Positions 28,167 to 37,800 are shown, counted from the first letter of the stretch. The stretch is DNA of 64,000 bases from a virus (IMGVR_UViG_3300021180_000008:1-64000), one strand, 5' to 3'. Notes: generated by a model from the letters alone, not told the origin. Program-made: numbers and translations.

Positions 28167-28911
28167 AGGTCAAATGGAGATCGTAGCAGAAGAGAATTTG
28201 AAAGAAGACCCAAGTAAGAAACTATTGTTTACTGTGGGTAACATTAATGGTAACTTTCAACTATTAATTAAAATGATTGAAGAGATTGAGAATTGTGGTA
28301 TCTTCTGTAAAGGGGATAAGGTTGTATTCCTAGGTAACTTCATCGGGGGTAAGGGTGAAGATCGTGAGATTATTGATACTCTCAGGGACTATGAACTAGC
28401 CAGACCTAATCAATGTGTGATTATCCGTGGCGCTAATGAGCAACGTATGCTCACTTCCAAGAAGAACTTCTTTGAATCAGAACTGGGTAAAGGTGTATTG
28501 AAATCGTATCGTCAATCTCCTCCTATCTACCAGACTTCTGTTGTTAACGATCTGGATATACAACAGTTTGTAGACGACAGCATCTGGCTTAGTACACTAC
28601 CTTCTTGGTATAAGTCTAACAAATACTTCTTTGTTCATGCAGGGGTTAATCCTAAGCGCGATCTGGAAGATCAGAATGTTGGCGGCTTTATGTTTATCAA
28701 TGATGAGTTTTATTCCAGTGGTAAGGTATTCAGCCATCGTATCGTGCATACTCATACTGGTCAGAAGCTGGTCTATGCTAAGAACCGTTTCGGTATTGGC
28801 AGGGAAGAAGCAGGAACATTGCGTTGTTTTGTGATGAATGATAAGAAAATTTCAGACACTGAATTCGGTCCTTCAGTTGAAGAGGTTATTCGTGTTAAGG
28901 CTTCAGCCTAG
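28144..28911 (+). CDS. Ser/Thr phosphatase-like metallophosphoesterase with degenerate metal ligands
   Basis: GNING, LGNFIG, RGANE, FVHAG correspond to GDIHG, GDYID, GNHE, FVHAG. Confidence 0.75.
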   Translation: MMIRKRSKGQMEIVAEENLKEDPSKKLLFTVGNINGNFQLLIKMIEEIENCGIFCKGDKVVFLGNFIGGKGEDREIIDTLRDYELARPNQCVIIRGANEQRMLTSKKNFFESELGKGVLKSYRQSPPIYQTSVVNDLDIQQFVDDSIWLSTLPSWYKSNKYFFVHAGVNPKRDLEDQNVGGFMFINDEFYSSGKVFSHRIVHTHTGQKLVYAKNRFGIGREEAGTLRCFVMNDKKISDTEFGPSVEEVIRVKASA

Positions 28912-28937
28912 ACAAATCCTAAACTTTATGGTATAAT
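28909..28937 (+). promoter_or_regulatory. Sigma70-like promoter TAGACA-17-TATAAT (extended -10)
   Basis: Directly upstream of primase; ATG 4 nt after -10 suggests a leaderless mRNA. Confidence 0.6.
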
Positions 28938-28941
28938 AATA

Positions 28942-30603
28942 ATGAAGAATCACAAGCTTCCATGTTGGAATGGATGTGGAACTTCCTGTGCATCTATATT
29001 CCTTGATCCAGGTGATCCTCATGTATATTGTTTTAAATGCGAGAGACGCTCCCCAACAATGAGCGAAGAGGAAGTACAAGCCTACTATTTGGAGAATAAT
29101 TATTTGACACAGCCATCAAACGTAACTAAATTACCACCTGTATTCGAGCGTGGTGTTATCACTGCTCTTGAACATAGGGCTATTGGTAAGTCTGCTGCTG
29201 AGAAGTATAAGGTAGAGACTCTATTCAATGGTTCTGAGAAGACTGGTGTAGCCTTCAACTATTTCAATAGCGAAGGTATCTATGCCCAGAAGATCAAGCA
29301 TCTGAATGACAAAGATCATATGACGTGGAATGGTAATCATTCTGCCATAGGGTTGTTTGGACAAGAGCTGTTCCCCGAAGGTGGGAAATACATAACAATT
29401 ACAGAAGGTGAAGAAGATGCACTTGCAACATACGAGATGCTTAAAGCTTCGAATCCAGCATTTGAACCTGTGGTTGTATCGGTACCAGACGGCGCTGGCT
29501 CAGCCGAAAAAGCCTGTAAAAGATCTTGGGAGTTTGTTAACTCATTTGAGAATATCATACTTGCGTTTGATGGTGATGATGTGGGCCGTCGTGCTGCCGA
29601 AAGAGTTGTTAAACTGTTTGACTACAAGCCAAAGGTCTTACTCTTTCCTGCCGGAACGGATAAAGAAGGTAAGAGTTATCTTAAGGACGCCAACGACTAT
29701 AAACGTGCGGGCAGGGATAAGGAATTTGTAAATTTATGGTGGAGAGCTGAGAGACATACACCAGAAGGTGTTCTATCCTTTAAGTCTCTCTGGGATGCTA
29801 TGACCGCTGATGATAAAGAAGACAGGGTCGATTGGCCTTGGATGGGTCTAAACCACATGACAGGGGGCTGGCACACGGGAGACTTCGTAATCATCAAGGC
29901 CAAGCCCAAGATCGGTAAGACGCAGCTTCTTAGGGAATTGGCTTATAACAACTTGGTTAAGAGTAAGTTTAATACGGGTCTGATATTCCTTGAAGACACT
30001 AAGAAATCTATTGGCCTAGGCATGTGCTCCCTTCACATGAAGAAACCTATCCAGTTTGGTAATATCCCTTATACTTTAGAAGAGCTGCAGAAGGCTCACG
30101 AATTCATGTCTGTTGACGACAGACTGACACTGTTTGATCCAGAAGATGATCGCACATCAGAGAACATCTATAATAAAATCAAGTATTTTGTAAAAGCTCA
30201 TGATTGTCGCTTCATTATTCTGGATCACCTTTCTATGCTGACTTATCAGTCTGAGGACAATGATGAGCGGCGTTTCCTTGATAAGCTCTGTGCTGATCTT
30301 AAGGAGATGACAACTTCTCTTAATATCGGCATAGCTGCTGTTATACACGTTAACGACGATGGAAAGACTAGAGGTTCCCGTGCTCCTGTACAGTTATGCA
30401 ATATCCTTATCAATCTTGAGCGCGATAAGCTTAATCCTGATAAGACCGTGGCGAACACTACCGAAGTCATCGTTGAAGAGAATCGTCGCACTGGAGATAG
30501 TGGTCTTGCTTGTAAGCTATTCTTTAATAGAGAGACTGGTCGTATGGAAGAACTAGACGATCTGAACCTTAATTCTGAACGTGAGGTTAAGTTCGATGAG
30601 TGA
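28942..30603 (+). CDS. T7-like DNA primase-helicase
   Basis: Zn finger, TOPRIM (ITEGEEDA, FDGDDVG, KDAND), SF4 helicase (AKPKIGKT, FLED, ILDHL, RGS). Confidence 0.95.
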   Translation: MKNHKLPCWNGCGTSCASIFLDPGDPHVYCFKCERRSPTMSEEEVQAYYLENNYLTQPSNVTKLPPVFERGVITALEHRAIGKSAAEKYKVETLFNGSEKTGVAFNYFNSEGIYAQKIKHLNDKDHMTWNGNHSAIGLFGQELFPEGGKYITITEGEEDALATYEMLKASNPAFEPVVVSVPDGAGSAEKACKRSWEFVNSFENIILAFDGDDVGRRAAERVVKLFDYKPKVLLFPAGTDKEGKSYLKDANDYKRAGRDKEFVNLWWRAERHTPEGVLSFKSLWDAMTADDKEDRVDWPWMGLNHMTGGWHTGDFVIIKAKPKIGKTQLLRELAYNNLVKSKFNTGLIFLEDTKKSIGLGMCSLHMKKPIQFGNIPYTLEELQKAHEFMSVDDRLTLFDPEDDRTSENIYNKIKYFVKAHDCRFIILDHLSMLTYQSEDNDERRFLDKLCADLKEMTTSLNIGIAAVIHVNDDGKTRGSRAPVQLCNILINLERDKLNPDKTVANTTEVIVEENRRTGDSGLACKLFFNRETGRMEELDDLNLNSEREVKFDE

Positions 30604-31156
30604 ACATCATTGGAATTATAATGTTTATAATACCACCAAGTGTACGGTATGTGGTCTTAGCAAAAGCTATTATGATTGGCGACAAGAACTAGGACTTATT
30701 ACAGATTGTTTAGATTTAAGGGAAAGGGAACCAACTATGACAACACCAAACTTTGATATTGCTTTCGATGATGAAGAGGTTCCATTGGTAGGAGGCTTCT
30801 TCCCGGTTCGTAGAACTAGGTTGCGTCGAGAACCTAGAGCAGAAATAACTAATCCCCTTAGTAAGGAAGTTGCGGAGACGCTTAAAACAAAGCCAGTAGT
30901 AGAGGAAGAGACTATGAAAGAACATAGACGGGAAGAGATCACTAAGCTTAAGAAGCAAGTAATCGCTCAGACTAAGGTCTTGAATGAACTGCTGCCTAAC
31001 ATTCGTCGTATTGATGACATCTTTAAACAAGCCTTGCATGATATGGATCGCAATGGCTTTGACGATGTGTATAGCATTGGTATGATGGCCAAGGAACTTG
31101 GTGAGATTAAGAAGTCAGTAGAAAAGAATATTCCTAAGGAAGCTATTGAAATTTGA
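30596..31156 (+). CDS. Hypothetical protein
   Basis: ORF between helicase and polymerase; start uncertain. Confidence 0.5.
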   Translation: MSEHHWNYNVYNTTKCTVCGLSKSYYDWRQELGLITDCLDLREREPTMTTPNFDIAFDDEEVPLVGGFFPVRRTRLRREPRAEITNPLSKEVAETLKTKPVVEEETMKEHRREEITKLKKQVIAQTKVLNELLPNIRRIDDIFKQALHDMDRNGFDDVYSIGMMAKELGEIKKSVEKNIPKEAIEI

Positions 31157-33294
31157 GAGAGAATGTCTACATAGATATAGAGGCAAACAAACTCGTACAT
31201 CCTACTAAAATATGGTGTATCGTTTGCACGGATCTTGACACAGGGGAAGAGTTCAAGTTCAGACCCAATTCACCCCTCGCAGGTCATGATGACTTCAAAG
31301 ACGAGTTTATTGCTTTTGCTAAAACCGTTAAAAGATGGTACGGTCATAACATAATTGGCTATGACATGCCTAATATCAATCGGCTGTTGGGTACAAAGAT
31401 CACCGTAGACGAGGTAGAAGATACCTTGGTGTTGTCTAGACTGTTTCGACCTGTACCTGCTCAGCATGAGCCTAAGGGCTTCTATAATCGTCAGTGGGGA
31501 CACTCTTTAGAAGCTTGGGGTAGATACCTGAGATTTCCTAAAGGTGATTGGTCAGACTGGTCTAAGTTCTCTGAGCCTCAGCTAGAGTACTGTGTACAGG
31601 ACAATAGGCTGGGTGTTAAGATACTTAAAGAGCTTAACAAGGAGCGCGAAGGCTTCTCAGAGCAGTCTATTAGGTTAGAGCATTACGTTGCTTATATGTT
31701 ATGGCAACAAGTAGAAAATGGTTTTTATTTAGATAAGATTAAAGCTGAACAGCTTAAGGCAGATACAGCTTATCTTCTGGAGGAAATGAATGCGAAGCTC
31801 ACCCGTCTCTTCCCCCCTCTTCCTAGATTGGTTCGTAACCTGGTTGTTAAGACTAACAAGGATGGTACGGTGGCTAAAGTGCCAGCACGAATCTTGGAAA
31901 CGTATCAGAGAACTCCAGGCTATTCGGCCATACTTAAGGAAGACGGCTCCTATGATCTTATGGTGGAAGAAACGTTCAACCCTCAGAGTGGTGACCAGAT
32001 CGCTGAAAGGCTACTGGGTCTTGGATGGACGCCTAGGCATTTTACGGATAAAGGGCGCGTCAAGACCGATAAGACCACGTTATCAGAAGCAATTTACGAG
32101 CTACTCACAAAATATCCGGAAAAGACAGAGCTTAGATGCTTAGCAGATTATAGCATCGTAGCCAATAGACACGATAAAGCCAACACATGGTTGAAGTTAA
32201 GCCAGTTAGAGGAGTGGTGTTATGATGGCAGAGTTCATGGTCAGATTAACCCTATCGGAGCTGGAACGCATCGCTGTTCTCACTACAACGATAATATGGC
32301 TAATATCGCTCGTGTTGTTACGAAGAAAATTAAAAAAGATGGATTGGTACTTTCTGGTCTTAATCGCTTTGACTTGGTGTCTGGGAATGATCTTGTCTAT
32401 TTAAAAGAGGTATCTGACAATGAAATTGAAGTGGCGGTTCGTGGTATTAGAGGGGCTTATGGATGGGATTCAAGAGATTGCTGGTCGGTTCCTGGCAACC
32501 ATATTCTGGTTGGAGCTGACGCTGCTGGCATTCAATTGCGGGCCCTTGCTCACTATATGGATGATCAAGAATATATTAAAACACTGATTAGTGGTGACAT
32601 TCATGAGTTCAATAGAAAGGCTGCTGAGATTGAAACAAGGTCAAAGGCAAAGACTTGGGTCTATTCCCTCATTATGGGGGCAGGTGACGAGAAGCTGGGA
32701 ACGGTTCTTATTACGAAGCCATCCGAGTTTGATAGCCTATTCGCTTGGGCTAAAGATCAGGAGCTTCCATATAAGTTTAAGAAAAGATTTGAAAAAGCTA
32801 AGAACTATGTTGAGTACCTTATCCTGAAGCTGCAAGCTGAGAAGCGTAAAGCTAGGCCCGAGACGGTAGCTACTATCATCAAGGGCATGAAATCTAGGGC
32901 GTTGTTTATGAAGAACGTTCCTTCATTCGCTAACTTTAAGAATAAGATTATCCCTGCCGCAGCCGAAGAAGGCTTTATGATTGGACTTGATGGTCGTAAA
33001 GTCTGGTTACCAAATGCTCACTTAGCTATGTCTATATACTTACAGAACTTTGAAGCAGTTATTATGAAACAAGCTATGAAGTTTTATCATGATGACTTAA
33101 AGAAGCAAAGAGTATTCTTTAAGCAATGTTCTTATACACACGACGAATACCAAACGGAGACTTATAATGAGTATGGAGATGTGGTCGGTCAGAGCATGGT
33201 CAAAGGTATTGTAGACGCAGGCTTATTGTTTAACACTTCATGTCCCCTTGACGGGGAGTATAGGATAGGACACTCATGGGCTCAGACACATTGA
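31153..33294 (+). CDS. polA: T7-like family A DNA polymerase with 3'-5' exonuclease
   Basis: DIEAN, HNIIGYD, YCVQD exonuclease motifs; GADAAGIQLR, RSKAKTWVY, HDEYQ polymerase motifs; TTG start. Confidence 0.95.
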   Translation: MRENVYIDIEANKLVHPTKIWCIVCTDLDTGEEFKFRPNSPLAGHDDFKDEFIAFAKTVKRWYGHNIIGYDMPNINRLLGTKITVDEVEDTLVLSRLFRPVPAQHEPKGFYNRQWGHSLEAWGRYLRFPKGDWSDWSKFSEPQLEYCVQDNRLGVKILKELNKEREGFSEQSIRLEHYVAYMLWQQVENGFYLDKIKAEQLKADTAYLLEEMNAKLTRLFPPLPRLVRNLVVKTNKDGTVAKVPARILETYQRTPGYSAILKEDGSYDLMVEETFNPQSGDQIAERLLGLGWTPRHFTDKGRVKTDKTTLSEAIYELLTKYPEKTELRCLADYSIVANRHDKANTWLKLSQLEEWCYDGRVHGQINPIGAGTHRCSHYNDNMANIARVVTKKIKKDGLVLSGLNRFDLVSGNDLVYLKEVSDNEIEVAVRGIRGAYGWDSRDCWSVPGNHILVGADAAGIQLRALAHYMDDQEYIKTLISGDIHEFNRKAAEIETRSKAKTWVYSLIMGAGDEKLGTVLITKPSEFDSLFAWAKDQELPYKFKKRFEKAKNYVEYLILKLQAEKRKARPETVATIIKGMKSRALFMKNVPSFANFKNKIIPAAAEEGFMIGLDGRKVWLPNAHLAMSIYLQNFEAVIMKQAMKFYHDDLKKQRVFFKQCSYTHDEYQTETYNEYGDVVGQSMVKGIVDAGLLFNTSCPLDGEYRIGHSWAQTH

Positions 33295-33440
33295 AGGTTA
33301 ATGGCCCTTGCCCACATTGTAAATATGGCATTCTTATGTATATACCTGCGAACTTTCCTTACCATTTAGAGCATCTGCAATGTGAAAGATGCAATTCAAC
33401 CTATAACATGGATAATCCAATATATGAGAAGACAAGATGA
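33291..33440 (+). CDS. Small Zn-ribbon protein (not in ORF track)
   Basis: TTG start; CPHC...CERC, 49 aa. Confidence 0.45.
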   Translation: MKVNGPCPHCKYGILMYIPANFPYHLEHLQCERCNSTYNMDNPIYEKTR

Positions 33441-33732
33441 AGACGATAGGGAATATGAAAATAGTTCTTGTGGACCGGTTACAAATACCCACACTATAGA
33501 AATAGTCTTAGTTAATAAAGCTAAATGCCTAGCTTGTGGAGTAACCTTAGAGTCTAAGTCACGTCATGACTTCAGGTCTTGTGGTTGTTCTAATGAGATG
33601 TTTGTGGATGGCGGTAAGGATTATGTTAGACGAGGGGCCATGGACTTCACTAAGGTAGAAGAACTGTCCGAGTACGGTACTAAAGAAGTACCTTGTAAGA
33701 AGCCTGAGAGATGTTATTTGTGTAAGGATTAA
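33424..33732 (+). CDS. Conserved phage Zn-binding protein
   Basis: NKAKCLACG..LES..RHDF..C.C....VDGG..Y.RR. Confidence 0.65.
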   Translation: MRRQDEDDREYENSSCGPVTNTHTIEIVLVNKAKCLACGVTLESKSRHDFRSCGCSNEMFVDGGKDYVRRGAMDFTKVEELSEYGTKEVPCKKPERCYLCKD

Positions 33733-33735
33733 GTT

Positions 33736-34020
33736 ATGCTATTCAAACTAGAAAAGTTAAGCCTTGATGAAGATAAAGACTCTATGGTTCCATCTGGTTA
33801 TAGTGTTACAGGTAACATACTTTATCTTTATGACTATAAAACGGACGAGAAGGAAGTTATAAGAGGTATAGAAGGTGTCAAGACTGGTTGGCAGGTAGTC
33901 CTGGCAGGTCTTAGAGATCACATTAGAACCTCTCCTATTAAAGAGATTATCTATAGAACACCCACATGGGTAAAGTTTAGAACACAGACTTCAGTATATT
34001 TATTAACAAAGGTAGAATAA
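33736..34020 (+). CDS. Hypothetical protein
   Basis: RTSPI...FRTQTSVY motif; AAGGA SD. Confidence 0.55.
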   Translation: MLFKLEKLSLDEDKDSMVPSGYSVTGNILYLYDYKTDEKEVIRGIEGVKTGWQVVLAGLRDHIRTSPIKEIIYRTPTWVKFRTQTSVYLLTKVE

Positions 34021-34021
34021 T

Positions 34022-34582
34022 TTGTCCCGCACATGGTTTTGGGGTGACTTGCATATGGGTCATGCAGGTATCATCAAGTTTAAAGATAAGCATGGTCAGA
34101 GAATACGCCCTTTCGAATCTATCGAGGAACATGACCAAACCATCATAGATAACCATAACAAGGTTGTCAAGCCTGAGGATAGAGTATATTTCTTAGGAGA
34201 TATAGCTATTAATCGTAAGGCTATACCATTAATTAGTAAGTTCAATGGACGTAAGAAACTTATAAAGGGCAATCATGATATATTTAAATTACCTGATTAC
34301 ACGGAGATTTTTGAGGACATACTCGCCTACCGTATTTATCCTAAACATGGTTTGGTTGTTTCTCATATCCCTATACATCCTTCACAACTTGAGTTCAGGT
34401 TTAAATATAACATGCATGGTCACAGCCACAGCAATCATGTCTGTCGTCGCAACCTATTTTATAGAATGGTGCCGGACCGTAGATTTATAAACATATGTCC
34501 TGAGATCGTAGGCTTTAGGCCTATTGAGTTTGAGGAAATACAGGAGTGGATGAAAAATGGAACAGCCCCTATACGAGTGTAA
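34022..34582 (+). CDS. Calcineurin-like metallophosphoesterase
   Basis: GDLHMGH, FLGD, KGNHD, SHIP, HGHSH. Confidence 0.9.
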   Translation: MSRTWFWGDLHMGHAGIIKFKDKHGQRIRPFESIEEHDQTIIDNHNKVVKPEDRVYFLGDIAINRKAIPLISKFNGRKKLIKGNHDIFKLPDYTEIFEDILAYRIYPKHGLVVSHIPIHPSQLEFRFKYNMHGHSHSNHVCRRNLFYRMVPDRRFINICPEIVGFRPIEFEEIQEWMKNGTAPIRV

Positions 34583-34767
34583 ACGTTGTGAATATGAGTT
34601 TACCTTACCTAAGCCACAAGCTACTAGCTGTCCAGTCTGTCTGTGTCAGACAGTTATATGGAAGAATTTTAAAAGTATGTTCTTAAAAGATGTAGTTATT
34701 ACAGCTACTAAGGAGTAATTCGAGTTACGCAGTAACGAGAGCGTACCGCAACGAAGTGAGGAACAAG

Positions 34768-35946
34768 ATGGATAAAGCACATAAGGCTAAGATTAAAGCA
34801 GCCCTTGAGCTATGTGAAGAACGATTCGATGACTATATCAAGTATGTTAATGATCATTGTGAAACGGCAGACGTAAAGCATCTTAAGAACTTCTTATTGG
34901 ACAATACGGTATTTGCAGGTGGGGTATTCAGATCTATATTTACGGATATGCCAGTTAACGATGTAGATATGTTCTTTACCTCGCACGATGCAGCTAATGA
35001 GTTTAAGCATATGATGCTGATGAATCCATACTCGCATCTACACGCTTCTGAGAATTCGATAACAGAATTCCTAACATTCATTCACCGTTCTAAGCATAAG
35101 AGATTTCCTCATCTTTCTATTATTACTCGTTGGGCAGACGCTCCAGATAAGCTAATTGAATCCTTCGACTTTAGTTTTAACCAACACTACTTTAAGCTAT
35201 CTGACTTTAGCATGAAGTTTGATGTCGATACATTTAAGAAGGTTGGATACTTTAACGTATCGTGTAGATTCCATCATCACACCCCAATGCATGTACACAG
35301 CCGAGCTATGAGGTTTATGAACTCTGGCTTTAGAATTACATCAGATTCTATGTCACATCTTGCTAGTCGTTTGGCTAAGAGGGCTATCTTAACAGGTGTA
35401 TCAGACGAGCCCAGTATTTCAGGAGGTTCAGTCAGAAGCCAAGAACCAGCTCTGAATCTATCTCTGGATAGCTATACACATAAGGATTATTTTGGTTCTG
35501 AATTCTCTAGACTGCAAGATGAGCATATGGCTACGCAAGCAGTTCCTACTAGGTTAAGTAATGCGACTACTTTGTCCGCGATTGATCCTGCTACTGCTGA
35601 TGGCTCAGTTCAAATTAGGCACAATCCATCTTCTGGTCAATGGGAAGTTTATAATAGGTATGGTAGGAATATATCAGCTGAGCACCTTGAAGGCGCAGCC
35701 CAGCAATTACAAGGTGTTACTTTAAACTCTAGATCCCATCCTACTAGAGAACAGCAAGCAGCTCGTCTATTTGCTGGCGATTCTAGCCATTACGTGCATG
35801 AATCGATAGCTGTGGGGTATGGTATTTCTAGACAGGCAGTAGAGGACAATCTATATCCTAGACCCCGAGGTGATGAGGTCTCTGCTGATTTGAGCGAAGA
35901 AGCCTTAGAAACCACTATTAGGACGGTACTTGACGACAACTTCTAA
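34768..35946 (+). CDS. Pol-beta-superfamily nucleotidyltransferase-like protein with C-terminal extension
   Basis: VFAGGVFRS...VNDVDMFF, FDFS; GAGGA SD before 34768. Confidence 0.75.
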   Translation: MDKAHKAKIKAALELCEERFDDYIKYVNDHCETADVKHLKNFLLDNTVFAGGVFRSIFTDMPVNDVDMFFTSHDAANEFKHMMLMNPYSHLHASENSITEFLTFIHRSKHKRFPHLSIITRWADAPDKLIESFDFSFNQHYFKLSDFSMKFDVDTFKKVGYFNVSCRFHHHTPMHVHSRAMRFMNSGFRITSDSMSHLASRLAKRAILTGVSDEPSISGGSVRSQEPALNLSLDSYTHKDYFGSEFSRLQDEHMATQAVPTRLSNATTLSAIDPATADGSVQIRHNPSSGQWEVYNRYGRNISAEHLEGAAQQLQGVTLNSRSHPTREQQAARLFAGDSSHYVHESIAVGYGISRQAVEDNLYPRPRGDEVSADLSEEALETTIRTVLDDNF

Positions 35947-35958
35947 CTATGCTATACT
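35930..35958 (+). promoter_or_regulatory. Sigma70-like promoter TTGACG-17-TATACT (extended -10)
   Basis: Upstream of the SSB-like gene. Confidence 0.6.
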
Positions 35959-36022
35959 TATGGTATAGAAACTGAGAATAATATCTCAAAACACAAACGT
36001 GCGAAGGAGCACAATATAATAC

Positions 36023-36535
36023 ATGTCTTTTACTGAAAAAGAATTTAATAAGTTTACTGAAGATGAACGTATGAACCGCGTACTTAGGGGTATTGCTTAT
36101 TTCCCGTTTATTCAACGTCATAAGCACTCTGACAAGTACGGTACCGATGAGTACAGCGTTAACTTGGTAGTTACTGGTGAAGAGCTTAAGAAAGCTAAGT
36201 CTTGGGGTTTGGAGATTATGCCAGCCACAGACAAGATCCCTGGTGAACACGTAGTTATTAAGCGTGCTGTACGTTATAATAAAGATCAAACACCTGAGAG
36301 CGTGAAGCCGCTTCTGGTAGATGACTCTAACCAAGAGATTACTACAGACCAACATATTGGTAATGGCTCTGAGCTTATTATCAAGTTCGGTACCTATTTC
36401 TTCAATAAGGTCAGAACTACTATGTTTAAGGTTAAGCTGGTTAAGCTTGTTCCTTATGCCCGCAAGGACGACATGCCTACTGATGGCACTGGGTATAAGG
36501 TAGCTGTAGGCGACAACGTAGCCTTCGATAACTAA
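36023..36535 (+). CDS. Putative ssDNA-binding protein (T7 gp2.5-like)
   Basis: KP.LVD....I...IGNGS...V..LV.Y pattern; position in the replication module. Confidence 0.6.
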   Translation: MSFTEKEFNKFTEDERMNRVLRGIAYFPFIQRHKHSDKYGTDEYSVNLVVTGEELKKAKSWGLEIMPATDKIPGEHVVIKRAVRYNKDQTPESVKPLLVDDSNQEITTDQHIGNGSELIIKFGTYFFNKVRTTMFKVKLVKLVPYARKDDMPTDGTGYKVAVGDNVAFDN

Positions 36536-36619
36536 ATAATCCCCCGCAGATATGATCCTCCGTTGGTTTAGTGTGCACCAATTCTGCAAAAGCACACTCC
36601 TCCTTGGGAGTCCTAGACT

Positions 36620-37501
36620 ATTAAAGAATTAAAGTCCCTGCCTGAGGATATTGACAGGCTCTTCTTTGAAGGCAAGGTTCCTTCTGAAGATAATCTAAAT
36701 TTGTTTCTACAGAACATTGGATCCTTGCTGAAGGAGCGCCTAACTCCTCGTAAGGATGGTGGCCCTACCATACGCATGTCTAAGCTGGGAACCCCAGATA
36801 GGAAGCTGTGGTATGAGCATCATTCTACGCAGAAAGAGAATACACAAGCTAAGAATGCTTTAAAGTTTGTCTATGGGGATATCATTGAACAGCTGATCAT
36901 CTTCCTTGCTAAGGAATGTGGTCATACAGTTGAAGATGAACAGAAAGAATGGGATATAGATGGTATCATCGGACACCAAGATGCAAAAATTGATGGAATT
37001 GTGGTGGACGTCAAATCTGCTTCTTCCTATGCCTTTAGGAAATTCTCTGAGCGATCTCTATTTAAAGATGATCCTTTCGGATACATTGCTCAACTCTCTG
37101 CCTACGCCCATGCTAATGGGGCTGATACAGCGAGCTTCATTGGAGTTAACAAAGAGACTGGAGAACTGTGTCTCCTCCCCTTATCTGAAGTAGATACGAT
37201 AAACCCTATAAAACGAATTGAACAGGTTAAGAAACTGGCTGCGCCTGATGCGCCTAAACCTGAAAAGAAATGCTACGAGCCTATTCCCCATAATAAGTCG
37301 GGGAATATGCAACTGCATAAGAATTGTACTTATTGCCCCTTTGCTAAAGATTGCTGGAAAGATGCAAACAATGGAAAGGGCATTAGGTACTTTAACTATT
37401 CTAATGGCCTTGTCCCGTTGGTCAAGGTGTTAGAAGAGCCGAAAGTGGAAGAGGTTATTAAACAAGCCGACAGTATGAAGAATACTTCGGATAATTGTTG
37501 A
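36620..37501 (+). CDS. PD-(D/E)XK Cas4-like exonuclease; probable ATT start
   Basis: RMSKLG..RKLWY, GHQD..IDG.VVDVKSAS, GYIAQLSAY, C.YC.F...CW; frame extends upstream of the track start to ATT 36620 with GGGAG SD. Confidence 0.85.
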   Translation: MKELKSLPEDIDRLFFEGKVPSEDNLNLFLQNIGSLLKERLTPRKDGGPTIRMSKLGTPDRKLWYEHHSTQKENTQAKNALKFVYGDIIEQLIIFLAKECGHTVEDEQKEWDIDGIIGHQDAKIDGIVVDVKSASSYAFRKFSERSLFKDDPFGYIAQLSAYAHANGADTASFIGVNKETGELCLLPLSEVDTINPIKRIEQVKKLAAPDAPKPEKKCYEPIPHNKSGNMQLHKNCTYCPFAKDCWKDANNGKGIRYFNYSNGLVPLVKVLEEPKVEEVIKQADSMKNTSDNC

Positions 37502-37575
37502 GACTTTGGCTGGAGGCGATCAATAGCGGGTCGGTATGGTACTGTCCCGTGTCTATCATTATAGGAGAACTAAAA

Positions 37576-37800
37576 ATGGCTAACTTTATCACACTTACCC
37601 GCGTCTTTAAAAACAAGGGTAAAAACGGTCTCGTAGAACAGACGGTTTCCATCCGCGCAGATGCTATCGACATGGTTCGTGCATCTAACCGTCTTGGCTA
37701 CCCCGCCCACCGTTCCACGATCACCCTGCGCAGCGGTGCTACCGTTGAGCTGGCAGACAAGGCTTCGGCAGTAAACGCAGCACTGGCTCGCCTTCGCTAA
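37576..37800 (+). CDS. Small basic protein with GC-rich codon usage
   Basis: AGGAG SD before MANFIT. Confidence 0.6.
   Translation: MANFITLTRVFKNKGKNGLVEQTVSIRADAIDMVRASNRLGYPAHRSTITLRSGATVELADKASAVNAALARLR

Noticed and set aside
36620-37501. CRISPR-Cas system (Cas4-like nuclease)
   Set aside because: Stand-alone phage exonuclease; no repeat-spacer array or other cas genes seen
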